Below, piece by piece: positions 42,730 through 54,669 of a stretch of DNA of 64,000 nucleotides. Position 1 is the stretch's first letter; the number at the start of each line of letters is the position of its first letter. Position numbers and translations under genes: made by a program. The stretch comes from an uncultured Gemmatimonadales bacterium (GTDB taxonomy: Bacteria > Gemmatimonadota > Gemmatimonadetes > Gemmatimonadales > Gemmatimonadaceae). The stretch covers positions 1,344,001-1,408,000 of the forward strand of contig CAVPQB010000004.1 of assembly GCA_963707505.1 (NCBI GenBank), read 5' to 3'. The notes under the pieces are model-generated. The model was not told the DNA's origin. It was given only the letters and a program-made list of their open reading frames with translations, and ran no database searches.

Positions 42730-43776
42730 GTGGCTGCGCACCTCACCGCCGAGGATCTCGCTGCGATCGGTCGGGACTTCGATGCCATCCGCACAGACGT
42801 CGTCGCCCGGCTCGGCCGCCGGGACGCTGACTACATCCGGAGAGTGATCACGGTCCAACGCTGCCTGGAGCTCGCTGGTCGGGCCTCGCTCCTGCTCTCC
42901 AAGCGCCGTCCCGCGTTCTTCGCCGGGACCGCGATGCTGACGCTGTCCAAGATCCTGGAGAACATGGAGATCGGCCATAACGTGATGCACGGCCAATATG
43001 ACTGGATGGACGATCCCGCCGTCTGTTCGCGCCGCTGGGAGTGGGATGCGGTCTCCACCGCCGCTTCCTGGAAGTTCGCCCACAACTTCCAGCACCACTC
43101 GTTCACGAACGTGATCGGCAAGGACCGCGACCTCGGCTACTCCGTGATGCGAGTCGACGCCGACCAGCCGTGGCATCCCATCTATCTCATCCAGCCGATC
43201 TACGGCGTCGCGGTGGCGCTGACGTTCGAGTGGGGAATCGCGATCTACGACATGGAGCTCGACGCGGTGCGCCGAGGCGAGAAGTCATGGGACAAGGGCC
43301 GAGCGGAGTTGGTGGCGTTCGCGCGCAAGGCGCTGCGCCAGCTCGTCAAGGACTTCGTGCTCTGGCCTGCGCTCTCCGGGCGGGCGGCCAAGCACACCGC
43401 GGTCGCGAACCTGATCGCGAACGCCGCTCGGAACGTGTGGGTCCACACGATCGTGTTCATGGGGCACCTCCCCGAGGGCGCGGAGACGTTCAGCGAGGAG
43501 CAGACTGCCGACGAGACCCGCGGCGAGTGGTGCGTCCGGCAGTTGCTCGGCTCCTGCAACCTCGAGGGAACGCGGCTGTTTCACATCATGAGCGGCAGCC
43601 TCTCCTTCCAGATCGAGCACCACCTGTTCCCCGACATCCCGAGCTGCCGATATCCCGACATCGCACCGCGCGTTCGTGAGGTCTGCGAGCGCTACGGGCT
43701 CCCGTACAACAGCGGCCGGCTGGGCAATCAGTACAGGTCGGTCGCGACCAAGATCCTGCGCTACTCCCTGCCCTGA
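42730..43776 (+). CDS. Acyl-CoA/fatty acid desaturase (DesA3-like)
   Basis: His boxes HNVMH, HNFQHH, QIEHHLFP; start approximate. Confidence 0.9.
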   Translation: MAAHLTAEDLAAIGRDFDAIRTDVVARLGRRDADYIRRVITVQRCLELAGRASLLLSKRRPAFFAGTAMLTLSKILENMEIGHNVMHGQYDWMDDPAVCSRRWEWDAVSTAASWKFAHNFQHHSFTNVIGKDRDLGYSVMRVDADQPWHPIYLIQPIYGVAVALTFEWGIAIYDMELDAVRRGEKSWDKGRAELVAFARKALRQLVKDFVLWPALSGRAAKHTAVANLIANAARNVWVHTIVFMGHLPEGAETFSEEQTADETRGEWCVRQLLGSCNLEGTRLFHIMSGSLSFQIEHHLFPDIPSCRYPDIAPRVREVCERYGLPYNSGRLGNQYRSVATKILRYSLP

Positions 43777-44035
43777 GGCGCCAGCTCACGCAAGGATAGG
43801 CACGCCACCCAACGCGTCGTTGGGGGACCAGTTCCTGCGCGTCCGCTCAACGTTCGGCGATTGAGACGGGCTCCGTGGTCGCTCTGGGCCGCAATCGCCA
43901 GCAAATCGTTGTGGATGGGCGTCTGAGACACGCACCACCTATCGGCCCGGGATGACCGCGAGCCGACACCTATCTGCCGGCTGAGTCCGCTCGGCGGTCG
44001 CGTACCTGATACGCAGGCGGCTGTAGGCTCGTTTC

Positions 44036-44723
44036 ATGTCCGGTCCCGAGACGAACTCGGTCAAGTGTCATCTTGACGTTGACGCTGATGGCTACGACGT
44101 CCAGATCCGACGCCTGATTCCACACTACGACGAGATGATCGCCACTGGTGTCGAGCTGCTGAGCGCGCTGGCGCCGCCCGACGGGCACGTTCTCGACCTC
44201 GGTGGCGGTACTGGTGCGCTCTCGTCGGCCGTGCTTGATGCGCTTCCCGGTGTCCGCGTGACCTGGACGCGGACATGCTCGGCGAGGCCCGTCGCCGGCT
44301 GGCCCGCTTCGCGGATCGCGTCTCGTTGCAGGAAGGCAGCTTCTTGGACGCGCTGCCGGCCGCAGATGCCGTGGTCGCGTCCTTGTCGCTGCACCACGTC
44401 CATGACCTGCAGACCAAGACGGCGCTTTACCGGGCGATTTACGCCACGCTGTCGCCCGGCGGGGTGCTGGTCAATCTTGACGCGGCGGTGACTGAAGGCG
44501 CGCGGCTTCGCGGGCTCGGGTTTGACCGCTGGGCGGCTCGGGTGGGTGATCACGGCATCACGATGCGCAGGCGCACGGCCATTTCGCGGCGTGGTCAGAT
44601 GAGGACCGGTACTTTGCGCTGGACGCGGAGCTGAGCGCGCTGCGCGAGGCGGGCTTCGATGAGGTCGAGTGCTTCTGGCGGCGGGAGTTGTCTGCAGTCA
44701 TATGCGGGTTGCGCGCCAGCTGA
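44036..44723 (+). CDS. Class I SAM methyltransferase, frameshifted
   Basis: IPHYDEM, VLDLGGGTG, SLSLHHV, LSPGG, LREAGF in successive frames. Confidence 0.78.
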
Positions 44724-45362
44724 CCGGCCCCCATCCGCCGCGATGACAGGTCCCCGGGACCGCCCGAACCGACGTTCGCTGGACCATCCCCATCGCGACG
44801 GCCGTGTTCAGGGTTGCGGTGGCTTAGCACCGACTCCCGGCCCGGCGTCCGGTCAGCAGTCGCTGAGCGAGCGCCGCTGACGCGCGGGTGTATCGGCAGT
44901 CGCCGACGGTCAAGAGATGCGTCCACGGGACCGTCTTGCCCCGTGGGCGCACCAGATGACGCGCCCCAACTCCTTCGTGTTCGTGCCCCCACCGATCTCT
45001 ATCGGCACTCGCCTAGCAAACCTTTAGCAAGAATTATGAGGTCTACCGAGGGCACGTCCCCGACGCCGGGGTCATCCCACCGACTGGATGCCCAGCAACC
45101 ACAGGCCGGCAGGACCGGGCTGGCAGATCGATCACTGGTGGCAGTCCAGAGCGGTCCGCACACATCGTGCCCTCGCGCGGGAAGCGGAGCTGGTCGCAGA
45201 CGCGGATAGACCAGCGGACGCTTGAGCGTCGGCCGATATCGTCCGCCGCCGGCCGAGAGCGCGTCTCACGTGTTGACACTATCCGCACGCTAAGGCGACG
45301 GATTGAGAGGCGGCTGTCTCTTGACTGGTGGCTTGACGGTCGACCGACGACTTCGCCGCTAA

Positions 45363-45638
45363 CTACCGGCGCGCACGCGGCCGTCCTGGCGCGCCAGTCC
45401 TCGACCGACGCACCAGCCAGACAAGGAACATCGAGAAGAGGACCGACAACAGCAGTCCCGCGCCATGGCGATGCAGGACATACCAAGAGAACAAACCAGC
45501 ACTGAACGTTCCGACCAGCCCGACCACCGCAGTCATCCACACGCTCATCGGATCGCGGCCAGGCAGCAGCAGACGCGCCAGCGCCCCTACGAAGAGACCA
45601 ACCACAAACAGGACGATGAGGTAGACGAGCAGGCCCAT
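45363..45638 (-). CDS. GlsB/YeaQ/YmgE family stress membrane protein
   Basis: GLFVGALARLLLPGRDPM...VGLVG. Confidence 0.85.
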   Translation of the reverse strand: MGLLVYLIVLFVVGLFVGALARLLLPGRDPMSVWMTAVVGLVGTFSAGLFSWYVLHRHGAGLLLSVLFSMFLVWLVRRSRTGAPGRPRARR

Positions 45639-45862
45639 TCGTTACGCCTACCCCGTTGCAAGCACCGGCTATCATCGCGGGCGCCAATCGACCGACGATC
45701 GGTGTCCGAACGAGAGGCTTTTACCTCGCCGTCCGGTCGGGGATGGGCTCGCGCGACTAGCCCTGCCTGCCGCGCAAAGCTGGAAAGCCTACGTCGGCGA
45801 AGAGGTGCCTGTCGCGCGCTGAAAGGAGGTTCCGGTGACGGCCGGCCCGTGTCTAGCTTGAG

Positions 45863-46357
45863 TCACGCCCTGACAGGTCCGAATGCGCCGTTGGGCTGGT
45901 CTTGGACCTGCGCTTCGGTTCCGCGATCATGAGCGGGGCTGTTGCCCGATAGCGCAATCCGGGTCGCGGGGTCAGACCACTTCCATGCGTACCAGACGGC
46001 AGCCGCCGATGTGGCGATCAATATCAGTGAGAAGAACAGATAGGCCAAAGTCGGCGTTCCGACGAATAGCGTCACGATCTGAACCGCGGTCAAGAACGCG
46101 CCGGCTGCGATGTTGGCCCGGCGATTTGCCCGGTACCGCAATACACGAGACAGGACGACCATCGAGATCGAAATCTCGATGAGGACGCCGGCTCCGAGTA
46201 GGAATGCTTGGGTGTAATGCACCTTCGCGTGGTGGTTAATGAACACGCTGTAGTAGAGCGTGGTGATGTCGATGTAGGCCGCGTTGAACATGTAGAAGAT
46301 CCAGAGCAACGAGAGCCTCGAACCCATGTCCAAATTTGTTGTGTGCGATGCGGTCAT
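45863..46357 (-). CDS. DUF6326-like four-TM membrane protein
   Basis: LSLLWIFYMFNAAYID...LRYRANRRANI...WYAWKW. Confidence 0.7.
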   Translation of the reverse strand: MTASHTTNLDMGSRLSLLWIFYMFNAAYIDITTLYYSVFINHHAKVHYTQAFLLGAGVLIEISISMVVLSRVLRYRANRRANIAAGAFLTAVQIVTLFVGTPTLAYLFFSLILIATSAAAVWYAWKWSDPATRIALSGNSPAHDRGTEAQVQDQPNGAFGPVRA

Positions 46358-46599
46358 TGTTGGTCTCTTCCGTTCGTTTTGGTTGGGCTCTCGAGCATTG
46401 CGACCTCTGGAGCAAGACCCCGCATGGCTACCTGCCTTCCCCGCAGAAGGGGCGAACGCCAAGACCCGACCATCGCAACTTACTCTCAGTGCAGAGCGCT
46501 GGATATGGCCCGTTCGGACCTGGTTGAGGGGCCCGTTCAGGCCCCCTCTGGGGAGTAGGAATGCGACCCGAACATCCACTCGCCGGCTCACCCGCTCGC

Positions 46600-46623
46600 G
46601 TTATCGGCACCCGCGCCGGGTAT
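46600..46623 (+). promoter_or_regulatory. SigB/SigF-like promoter
   Basis: GTTA-N14-GGGTAT upstream of the response regulator. Confidence 0.5.
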
Positions 46624-46670
46624 AGATGCTCCGAGTAGACGATCTCGGGGGATCGGGATTGGTCCCGACT

Positions 46671-47360
46671 ATGCCCGCGCAACACGACTCGACGCAGCAC
46701 CCGCAGCCGATCACGGTTGTCGTGGTCGACGACGAGCCGATGATCCGCGGGGCCCTGGCTCAGACACTGACGGCTGGCGGGCTCGACCTCGTCGGTGAAG
46801 CCTCCAGCGCGCGAGACGCCCTCCGGCTCGTCGTTGACGTCCGCCCCGACGTCGTGCTGATGGACCTCCGGCTTCCCGACAGCCCGGGTGTGCGCGCGAT
46901 CGAGCAGCTCGCTCTGTTGGCCCCCGCCTCGCGCATTCTGATCCTCACCCGCACCGAGCAGAACCGCGTGGTCGAAGCGATCGTGGCCGGCGCCAGCGGC
47001 TACATCCTCAAGACCGCGCCCCCCAAAGCGATCATCTCCGCGGTCAGGGCAACCGCCGCCGGAGAATCAGTCATCTCCTCCCAGATCGCCGGGAAACTCC
47101 TGCAGCGCATCCGCGAACGCGACATACCCGTCACCACCGCCAGCGACAACGCCGCGAGCGCGATCCGCTCCGTCCTGACCGAACGCGAACTGGAGATCTT
47201 CGAACGGCTCGCCAGCGGCAGAAGCAATCACGACATCGCCCACGAGCTCTCGCTCAGCACCAACACCGTCCACAACCACATCGCCAGCATCCTCGCCAAA
47301 CTCCACCTTGACAACCGCATCCAAGCAGCGGTCCAAGCCGTACGCAGCGGCATCTCCTAA
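46671..47360 (+). CDS. NarL/LuxR family response regulator
   Basis: VVDDE, DVVLMDL, GYILK, LTERE...NTVHNHI. Confidence 0.92.
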   Translation: MPAQHDSTQHPQPITVVVVDDEPMIRGALAQTLTAGGLDLVGEASSARDALRLVVDVRPDVVLMDLRLPDSPGVRAIEQLALLAPASRILILTRTEQNRVVEAIVAGASGYILKTAPPKAIISAVRATAAGESVISSQIAGKLLQRIRERDIPVTTASDNAASAIRSVLTERELEIFERLASGRSNHDIAHELSLSTNTVHNHIASILAKLHLDNRIQAAVQAVRSGIS

Positions 47361-47667
47361 CCAGCTACGCGTGACGTCTTCGCTGCGGTGGCCTATCGGA
47401 ACACCGCGATCGACCGCGACGCGGTACCGGACGCGCGTGATCGCCAAAGCAGGACCCGCCGACCCCGCAGCCCGCCCGACCTGCTCGTCGCCAATCTCAG
47501 GGCCCGGCGCCTCACAAGCCGCTGTTCGTAGAGGGTTCCCCGTGCGGACGGGTGCGGGGGATCGCTCAATAGCTACGGCACGCCAACCCGCTCGGCCTTT
47601 AGCGGCATGAGATCGGGGCCGCGACGCTTCCGCGGGCGCGTGGTGGGTGAGTCATAGGCTGTTAGCC

Positions 47668-48250
47668 ATGCTCGGGCGTCTGCCTTCTCAGGTTGCGTGG
47701 CGTCACGTCGGGGCGCGCGAGGGTTTTGAGGTCACGTTCGTCGCCGAGGTCAACGGCCTCCTGTGCTTCACAGGAACGACGTCTGCGCTGGAGGATGGGC
47801 ACGCCTGGACCGTCAGTTATCAAGTCATGGTCGACCCGATGTCCTGGGCGACTCGGAGCGCACACGTCAGCGCCCGTACCGACGCCGGGAAGCGTGCGCT
47901 GGAGCTGACTACCGACGGGGCGGGAGCGTTGGTGGCTCAACCGCCGGCCCGCTGCGCACCTCGATGGCTGCCTGGACATCGACCTCGAGTCCTCGGTGCT
48001 CACCAACGCGTTTCCCGCGCGCCGGCTCGGGCTGGCTTCCGGGCAGGGCGCTGACGCGCCCGGCGCCTATGTCCGCGCAGAGGATCTCCGCGTCGAACGT
48101 CTTGAGCAGCGCTACGTCCGCCTCGAGGACCAAGATGCGGGTCAGCGTTTTGCGTATGCCGCGCCCGCGTTTGACTTCACGTGCGTGCTGGCCTACGACG
48201 ACGCCGGCCTCCTGCTCGACTATCCAGGCATCGCGGTCCGGGCCACCTGA
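47668..48250 (+). CDS. Putative glycolipid-binding domain protein, frameshift near 47925
   Basis: REGFEV, GCLDIDLESSVLTNAFP, LEQRY, GLLLDYPG. Confidence 0.75.
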
Positions 48251-48367
48251 CCAAGCGATCCCGCGCCCCGAGCCCTCTCGCACTCAGCGTTCCCCTCTGA
48301 GATGTCGACTTCGTCCGCGTGACTGCCTTCGAGGGCATGCGGCAGTCTCGGTTTCGTGGCTGCCTTG

Positions 48368-48590
48368 GTCGGAGAGGCCGAGCGCCTTGCGACGCGCGGC
48401 CCTCCTCAGAACCAGGACGTGCGGCTTTCACCGCATCCGGCTCAAGCGAGTCCTGTTGGCTTTTGGCGGGCCGGTGCCGTGTCGCTGCGTGGGGTGCAGT
48501 CGGCGTGTATGAGACGGCGCTCAGCTTCGTCTGTAGTGCCTGTGTTCGACGTCGTGATCGTGATGATCGCGGCGTGGTTGGCGGCCAGCT
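48368..48590 (-). mobile_element. Group II intron 3' remnant (IEP C-terminal tail, domains V and VI)
   Basis: Minus strand GAGCCGGATGCGGTGAAAGCCGCACGTCCTGGTTC (DV), DVI ending CCGAC, preceded by ...RRLIHADC...PTGLA*. Confidence 0.85.
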
Positions 48591-48801
48591 ACGGCGACAC
48601 AGCACACGCCGAGCACCGTGTCGAATCTTCGCGCTCGGTCCTGGGGAGGTTGCCAGTGCTGTGGTCGCCGACGTCGTTGTCGCGACGCGGTCTCGCGCGC
48701 GTCAGCACAGGTGGGGCACCGGCGGGTTGCCCGCGCTCCTCAGCAGCCTTCGATGTCACGGCTTGCTCGTTCAGACGCTGCTGTGCGCGGTTCCGGTTTG
48801 C

Positions 48802-49908
48802 TCAACGAACCAGTCGAGGGCCGCGACAACCGCCTCGTAGTTCTCGGGCTGCGAGAAATTGCTCAACTGGGAACGACTTGAAGGATTGGTCGATGATCTT
48901 GTCCTCGACGGGCATTCCTGCCGCTGCGCCAATGCGGCGGACGAACTCGAGGCGAAGGTCGTCTCTATTGAACGGCGGGAGGCGGCGCATCTCGTGCGGG
49001 TAGAGGTCGAGCTTACCGTCCGTGGACAAGCCGAAAGGCCGGGCGGTCGAGTCGTGAGGGCCGGCGACCACGACGTGCGCGTACCCGATCTTCGCGCCCG
49101 AGCCCCATGCGACTGGGAGGTTGCGGTCGTTCGCCCAACTGAGCAGTCGTTCGGCAACCGTCACGGTCTCAGCCGATGATGAGCGTCTCATTTCGTCCAG
49201 CCCCGATTCGGAACTCCAGTCGCGCTTCTCGGTCACCGCCTTGGCGTGTTGTGCCGTCGACGTCCTCCCAATGATCTGGGTCGTCAGAACGGTGACGCCA
49301 TCGCCTTTGTGCTGCTTCACCTCCACCGCGAGCACCTCGGTGGCGCGCATCTGCTCGTTGAGAAACTCGACGACCGTCTGCAGGCTCGCGGGGATCTCAT
49401 CGGCAACGAACACGAGGCGCAGCCGCTTGGCGGCTAGGTTCGTCTTCACTCGAGTCCAGTACTCCTCGTAGTCAGCGTCCGATATCTCCCGAACCTTCTC
49501 AGCGGGCTCGACGCCGGCGTGATCGCATCTGGCTTCGAACTCGTCACGCATCCGTTCCGGCGGCCAGTGCGCCAGGATGTTCGCCGCGTAGTCGAGCATC
49601 TGCCCCACGACCTCACGCCGGATCCGGCTATCACTGGACCGTTTCACCTCGACAAGCGTTGGCACTGCCTCGGCGTCAAGGAACAGGTGATCAAGAAACC
49701 AGCGGTCAGAACCACCATCGCCTTCCGGCACCCCAGCTTCCCGGCGAACGAGCAGGTACCTGGACGGATGGCCGGAGTCCGCCGTCTCGCCGAGCAAGAG
49801 CTCAGGGTTGACCTCGAGAAGCTCCTGTAGCTGGTCTTCCGACTCGTACAACTCGCCACGCAGCTGCACGAGCTCGCCTGCGTCTCGTCTCAGGAAGATG
49901 CCGGGCAC
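48802..49908 (-). CDS. PD-(D/E)XK (NucS/EndoMS-like) nuclease domain protein
   Basis: EDQLQELL, LDHLFLD...LVEVKR, VVGQMLDYA. Confidence 0.7.
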   Translation of the reverse strand: MPGIFLRRDAGELVQLRGELYESEDQLQELLEVNPELLLGETADSGHPSRYLLVRREAGVPEGDGGSDRWFLDHLFLDAEAVPTLVEVKRSSDSRIRREVVGQMLDYAANILAHWPPERMRDEFEARCDHAGVEPAEKVREISDADYEEYWTRVKTNLAAKRLRLVFVADEIPASLQTVVEFLNEQMRATEVLAVEVKQHKGDGVTVLTTQIIGRTSTAQHAKAVTEKRDWSSESGLDEMRRSSSAETVTVAERLLSWANDRNLPVAWGSGAKIGYAHVVVAGPHDSTARPFGLSTDGKLDLYPHEMRRLPPFNRDDLRLEFVRRIGAAAGMPVEDKIIDQSFKSFPVEQFLAARELRGGCRGPRLVR

Positions 49909-50636
49909 GGGACCACGCTACCGAAGACAGCGCCGCCCGACAAAGAGCCGCACGGCAGCTGGGCGACTCCGAGAGCGCCGACCAACCGTTGTCCCTCACG
50001 AAGCTCCCTGTCTCCTCCGTGGGGGGTGATGGCGCGAGTACCGCAGCCACGAAAGCACCGGTCGCGTCGCGCTGGACTTGGCCTCCGAGCGGCAGTCCTC
50101 CTTCGGGGCAACGAGCGAGAAGAGCGGCAGTCAGCGGCTGACGCCCCGGCTGGCGACGAAGGGGGAGCGCTCGCCGATCGCCGGTCCGAGCGTCTGCTTG
50201 CTCGCCAACGGCTAGCACCGCTGCGTCGCGAAGTTGCGCTTGGTCGCCGAAGCGATGCCGAGCTGCGCGAGGCTCTGAGACGAAAGCGATCATCACAGTG
50301 TCCTCCAAGTGATGTACGCCGATGAGCCATGCGGCGGCCCCAGCGGTGATCGCCTTCACGCGATTGCGAGGGCGCGGTTGCTGACGCGCCCGGTCGCCTT
50401 CTGCATGCCGTCTGCCCTGGCAACTTCTTCAGGCCGGAGCAGGATCGGCGGGGTGCCGGCGTCCGCGCGTGGGAGACGGTCGGCGAGTCCGTTCAGGTGT
50501 GCGCCGCAGCTCGACAGGAGGTCTCCGGCCGTAGCGCGGGCAGGCACCTCGTGCCGGGCGACGATCTGCGTTGGGGGACCGATGCAGCTGGTCGGTTGCG
50601 TGGTTTGCGCGGGCGAGGCGTATGTTGCTAGCGACG

Positions 50637-51781
50637 ATGGTGAGTGGTCAGCCCGAGGCAGGTGAGCTGCTGGGTGCGTCGTTGCCGCATCTGGTGCCCG
50701 AACGGGTCGTCGAGGTCGCGTCGGCGCAGGCGGGCTGCCCGGTCGCGGCGTATGTGCTGGATCTGGATGGGTCGTTCGCTCTGCGTTTGGCCGGCGATGT
50801 GGAGCGGTTTCCCGAGCGGATCCGTGCGCCGGTCGGTGTCGGCCCGGAGATCATTCCCGAGGCTATGCCGCAGTTGCGGGGGCTGGTGATCGATCGCGTC
50901 GGACCGAGCACGCTGTGGCCGTTGGTGGTTCGCGATCGCGTGATGGGCTTTCTGCTGGCTCGCGACCGGCCGGCGGTTGATCTGGAGCCATTTGCGGGCC
51001 AGGCCGCGTTGGCGCTGGAGTTGGCGTCTGGCTACACCGACGCGTTGCATGCCGTCCGTCGGCGCAAGGACACTCAGCCCGCTGCCGAGATTCAGCAGAA
51101 CCTGTTGCCGCCGCGGCTGGCCCGTGTGGACCGGGCCGACGTCGCCGGGGGTGTGCTGCCGGGCTATGACGTCGGCGGCGACTTCTTTGATTACGCCGCC
51201 AACGCGGACGGCTTGTGGCTGGTCGTCGCTGACGCGACCGGAAAGGGCAATCCGGCCGCGGCGCTGTCTTCGTTGGCGATCGGGGCGCTGCGCGCCGCTC
51301 GCCGTGCCGGCGCTGGTCTGCAGGAAGCCGCGCGGCTGGTCGACGAGGCGATCCTGACGCTCGATACGCCGCTGTACCTGACCGCGGTGCTGGGATCCTG
51401 GGATCCCCACACGTATCGGCTGCGCTGGATCAACTGCGGCCATCCCACGCCGCTCGTCCTGCGCGCCGATGGGCGGATCGAAGAGCTCGACGGCGAGCGC
51501 ACCTATCCGCTGGGCATGCGCTTCGCCGAGCGCGTGTTCCCGGTCCTCAGCGCTGAGGTGGGCCCGGAGACCGCCTCTTGCTGTACTCCGACGGGGTCAG
51601 CGAGCGCCGCACCACAGACGGCGGCCGCATCGGCGAGACGGGCCTGCGTGCGGTTCTGGCCGAGCTGGGTACCCGGTCGGCCGCGATGACGGTACGCGGC
51701 TTGCAAGACGCGGTGATAGACGCCTCCCGTGAACCGCTGCGCGACGACGCCACGATGCTGGTGATCGCGCCCCACGACTGA
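50637..51781 (+). CDS. SpoIIE/RsbU-like PP2C phosphatase, frameshift near 51570
   Basis: EIQQNLLP, VGGDFFD, VADATGKG, NCGHP, LYSDG, RDDATM. Confidence 0.87.
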
Positions 51782-51847
51782 CAACCCAACCGGTCCCAGC
51801 CCGATGCGACGCGGCTAGCCGGTCGTCATCGAGGGTAGCTTCCGATA

Positions 51848-52205
51848 GTGCGCGAGGAGACACGTGAGCCGCGAACAGTCATGTGCGACGACGTCGCGGT
51901 CGTCACGGTCAGCGGCGAGCTCGATCTCGCGCTGTGCATCAAGCTCGCCCCCGAGCTCAATGCCGCGGTGCGCTCCACCGCGCGAGCGGTCGTCATCGAT
52001 CTCGAGGACGTCTCCCTGGTCGATTCCTCGGGTATCGCGCTGCTGCTAAATGCCTTCCGCCATCTAGACCACGCCGGGCGCCAGCTCGCGATCGCCTGCC
52101 CGCATGGGATCGCCGCGCCGCGCGTTCGAGCTGACAGCCCTCGATCGCCAGCTGCCGATGCACGAGACCCGCCGAGATGCGCTGGCTGCCGTACGCGTCA
52201 GCTAA
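51848..52205 (+). CDS. STAS anti-anti-sigma factor (RsbV-like), frameshift near 52110
   Basis: SGELDL, IDLEDVSLVDSSG; tail RRAFELTALD in another frame. Confidence 0.83.
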
Positions 52206-53418
52206 CCGTCTTTGGGTGAGGACAGCCACCGGCGCCAGGCTGGCGGGCGGGATCTAATCGAGAGCGCATCGCTCAGGTGCGTCGTCTAGGTGTAGTTCCT
52301 GACCACGTTGTTCCGGTCTGAGGGGTAAGCCATCCGGTGCTCCTTGGAGGCTGACAGGTGCTCAAGCCAGTCAGTCCCAAGGAGGACACCGGATGAAGAT
52401 GCACGCTAACGCTCGGCTCAGTCTGAAGGGCCGCGAGCTGCTGGTCGATCGCGTCCAGGACGCGGGGTGGTCGCTGGTCGCGGCCGCCGAGGCGGCCGGG
52501 ATCAGTGACCGCACCGCGCGCAAGTGGCTGGCCCGCCACCGGGCTGAAGGGCGCGAGGGGCTGCTGGATCGCTCCTCAGCCCCGACGGTGGTCGCCAATC
52601 GCACCGAGGAGCGCACGGTCGAGGTCATCGCTGCGCTGAGGCGGCTGCGCCTGACCGGCGCGGAGATCGCCGAGTGCCTGGATATGGCGCTCTCGACCGT
52701 GTCGGGGATCCTGACCCGGATCGGGCTGGGGCGGCTGGGGCGGCTGGGCTTGGAGCCCGCGCAGCGCTATGAGCGAGCTCGCCCGGTGAGCTGATCCACA
52801 TCGACGTCAAGAAGCTCGGCCCGATCCACAACGGCGCTGGGCACCGCTTCACCGGCCATCCCGGCCAGCGCCGGGCCGCGGGCAGCCGCACCGACGCCGA
52901 AGGCGTCCGCCGCAACCGCAGCGGCTGGGAGTACGTGCACGTCGCCATCGACGACGCCACCCGCCTGGCCTACGTCGCAGTTCTCGCCAACGAGAAAGCG
53001 CCCACCGCCATCGGATTCCTGCGCCGCGCCGTTCAGCACTTCGCCAGCTACGGCATCACCACCGAGCGACTGATCACCGATAACGGCAGCGCCTACCGCT
53101 CCACCGTCCACGCCATCGCCTGCCGCGCCCTCAAGATCCGCCACCTCCGCACCCGGCCCTACCGACCCCAGACCAACGGCAAAGCCGAACGATTCATCCG
53201 CACCCTGCTCGGCGGCTGGGCCTACGGCGCGATCTACCGCTCAAGCGCCGAGCGCAACGCCGCCCTCGCCGGCTGGCTTGACTTCTACGGATGAAAGTCA
53301 AGTGGCAGGAGCGGTCTGTTGGTGGGATCCTTTCGGGTGGTGCGGGTGACTGACGAAGCGAAGTGCAGGTATCAGGGGCTTGTGGCCTGCCGCGCGGCTT
53401 TGCCCTTCGAGGGCCTTT

Positions 53419-54652
53419 CTAATGCGCGCCCCGGTGTCGCGCCCGCACCACCGTTCGGTCGCTGTCCAGTCGGCGACGAGCCGGCGATAGGCCGTCTCGG
53501 CCTGGCCGGCGAGCTCTTTCTCGAGGCGACGCTGATCGACGCTGGCAAATGTGCGTCCCGCGCTCGCGAGGCGTTTTCCTTGTTGGCGTGGCGCGCCGAG
53601 CATGCAGCTCATAGCGCCGCAGCTTCTCGCGGTGCAGCGAGGGTCGGCCAAACGCGTATCCCTCGCCGCGGCGCAGCATGTGAAACGCGATGACCACGAG
53701 CTTGCGGGCGACCGCGACCGTGGCGATGTTCGCGCCGCGGCGGGCGGCGACCCGCTGGTGGAACGCGCGCAGCGGGCCGGTGGTTCTCGCGGCGTGCCAC
53801 GCCGCTTCGACCAGCAGCCCCCGAACCGGCCCGGGGCCTTGTTTGCTGATCCGGCCGTGCTTGGCGGGCTCGTTACCGGATTGACTGCACCCGCGGGCTC
53901 AGCCCGAGATAGCCGACCAGGTGATCGGCGGTCGGGAACCGGCGCACATCACCGATCGCGGCCAGCATCGCGGTCGCGGTCACGCCGCTGACTCCCGGGA
54001 GGGTCATCAGCCGGCGGATGTCCTCGCTGGCGAGCACCTGCTTGGCGATCTCGATGTCAACCAGCTCGATCTCTGCGGCTAGGAAATCGATCTGGCGCAG
54101 GCACGCATCGACTGTCTGCTGCTCATCGGTCGGCAGCAGCCTGCACTGGTCAGAGAGCCAGATACGTCCCTTGACCCCGAACACGTCTGTCATCGGTGGC
54201 CGGCTCTTGAGCTGGCGTTGGAGAACGGCGTGCACCTGGTTCTTCTCACGCACCCGCTGACGCACGAGGTGCATTCGCCGGGAGATCAGGCGCCGACGGA
54301 CCCGCGTGGGCTCATCAGGCGTCCACACCTCCGCCAGGAAGCCTGCCGCCAGCAGACGAGCCAACAGCGCCGCGTCGATCTTGTCGGTCTTGGCTCGCAG
54401 ACCGGTGATCCTCTTCACCGACTTCGGGTCGGCCAGCACCACCTGCGCGACGTGCGGCTCGACGATCCGGGCGATCGCCAAGGCGTTCGCCGTGGCCTCC
54501 ATCGCGACCACATCGTCCGGCGCCAGGCTGCACGCGAACACCTCCAGCTCTGACGGGGTGCTCGCCACCTGACCGGCGAAGCGCAACCTGCCGTCCTCGA
54601 CGACCGCGACCTCGCAGAAGTCACGATGGACATCTACTCCGATGAACCTCAC
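53419..54652 (-). CDS. IS110 recombinase A, frameshifts near 53885 and 53605
   Basis: IGVDVH, AMEAT, KTDKIDA (DEDD); LPGVS, GLSPRV.QSG, LVEAA, AVARKL. Confidence 0.88.
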
Positions 54653-54669
54653 CACCACCTCCTTCAGCT

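Noticed and set aside
50356..50547. Excisionase-like ILLRPEEVAR peptide
   Set aside because: Only a few residues resemble an HTH; the rest is unsupported.
53285..53288. CTAC as a 4-bp target-site duplication of IS110-A
   Set aside because: The putative donor guide covers CTACGGAT, so AC fits as part of the element end; a CT core explains both elements.
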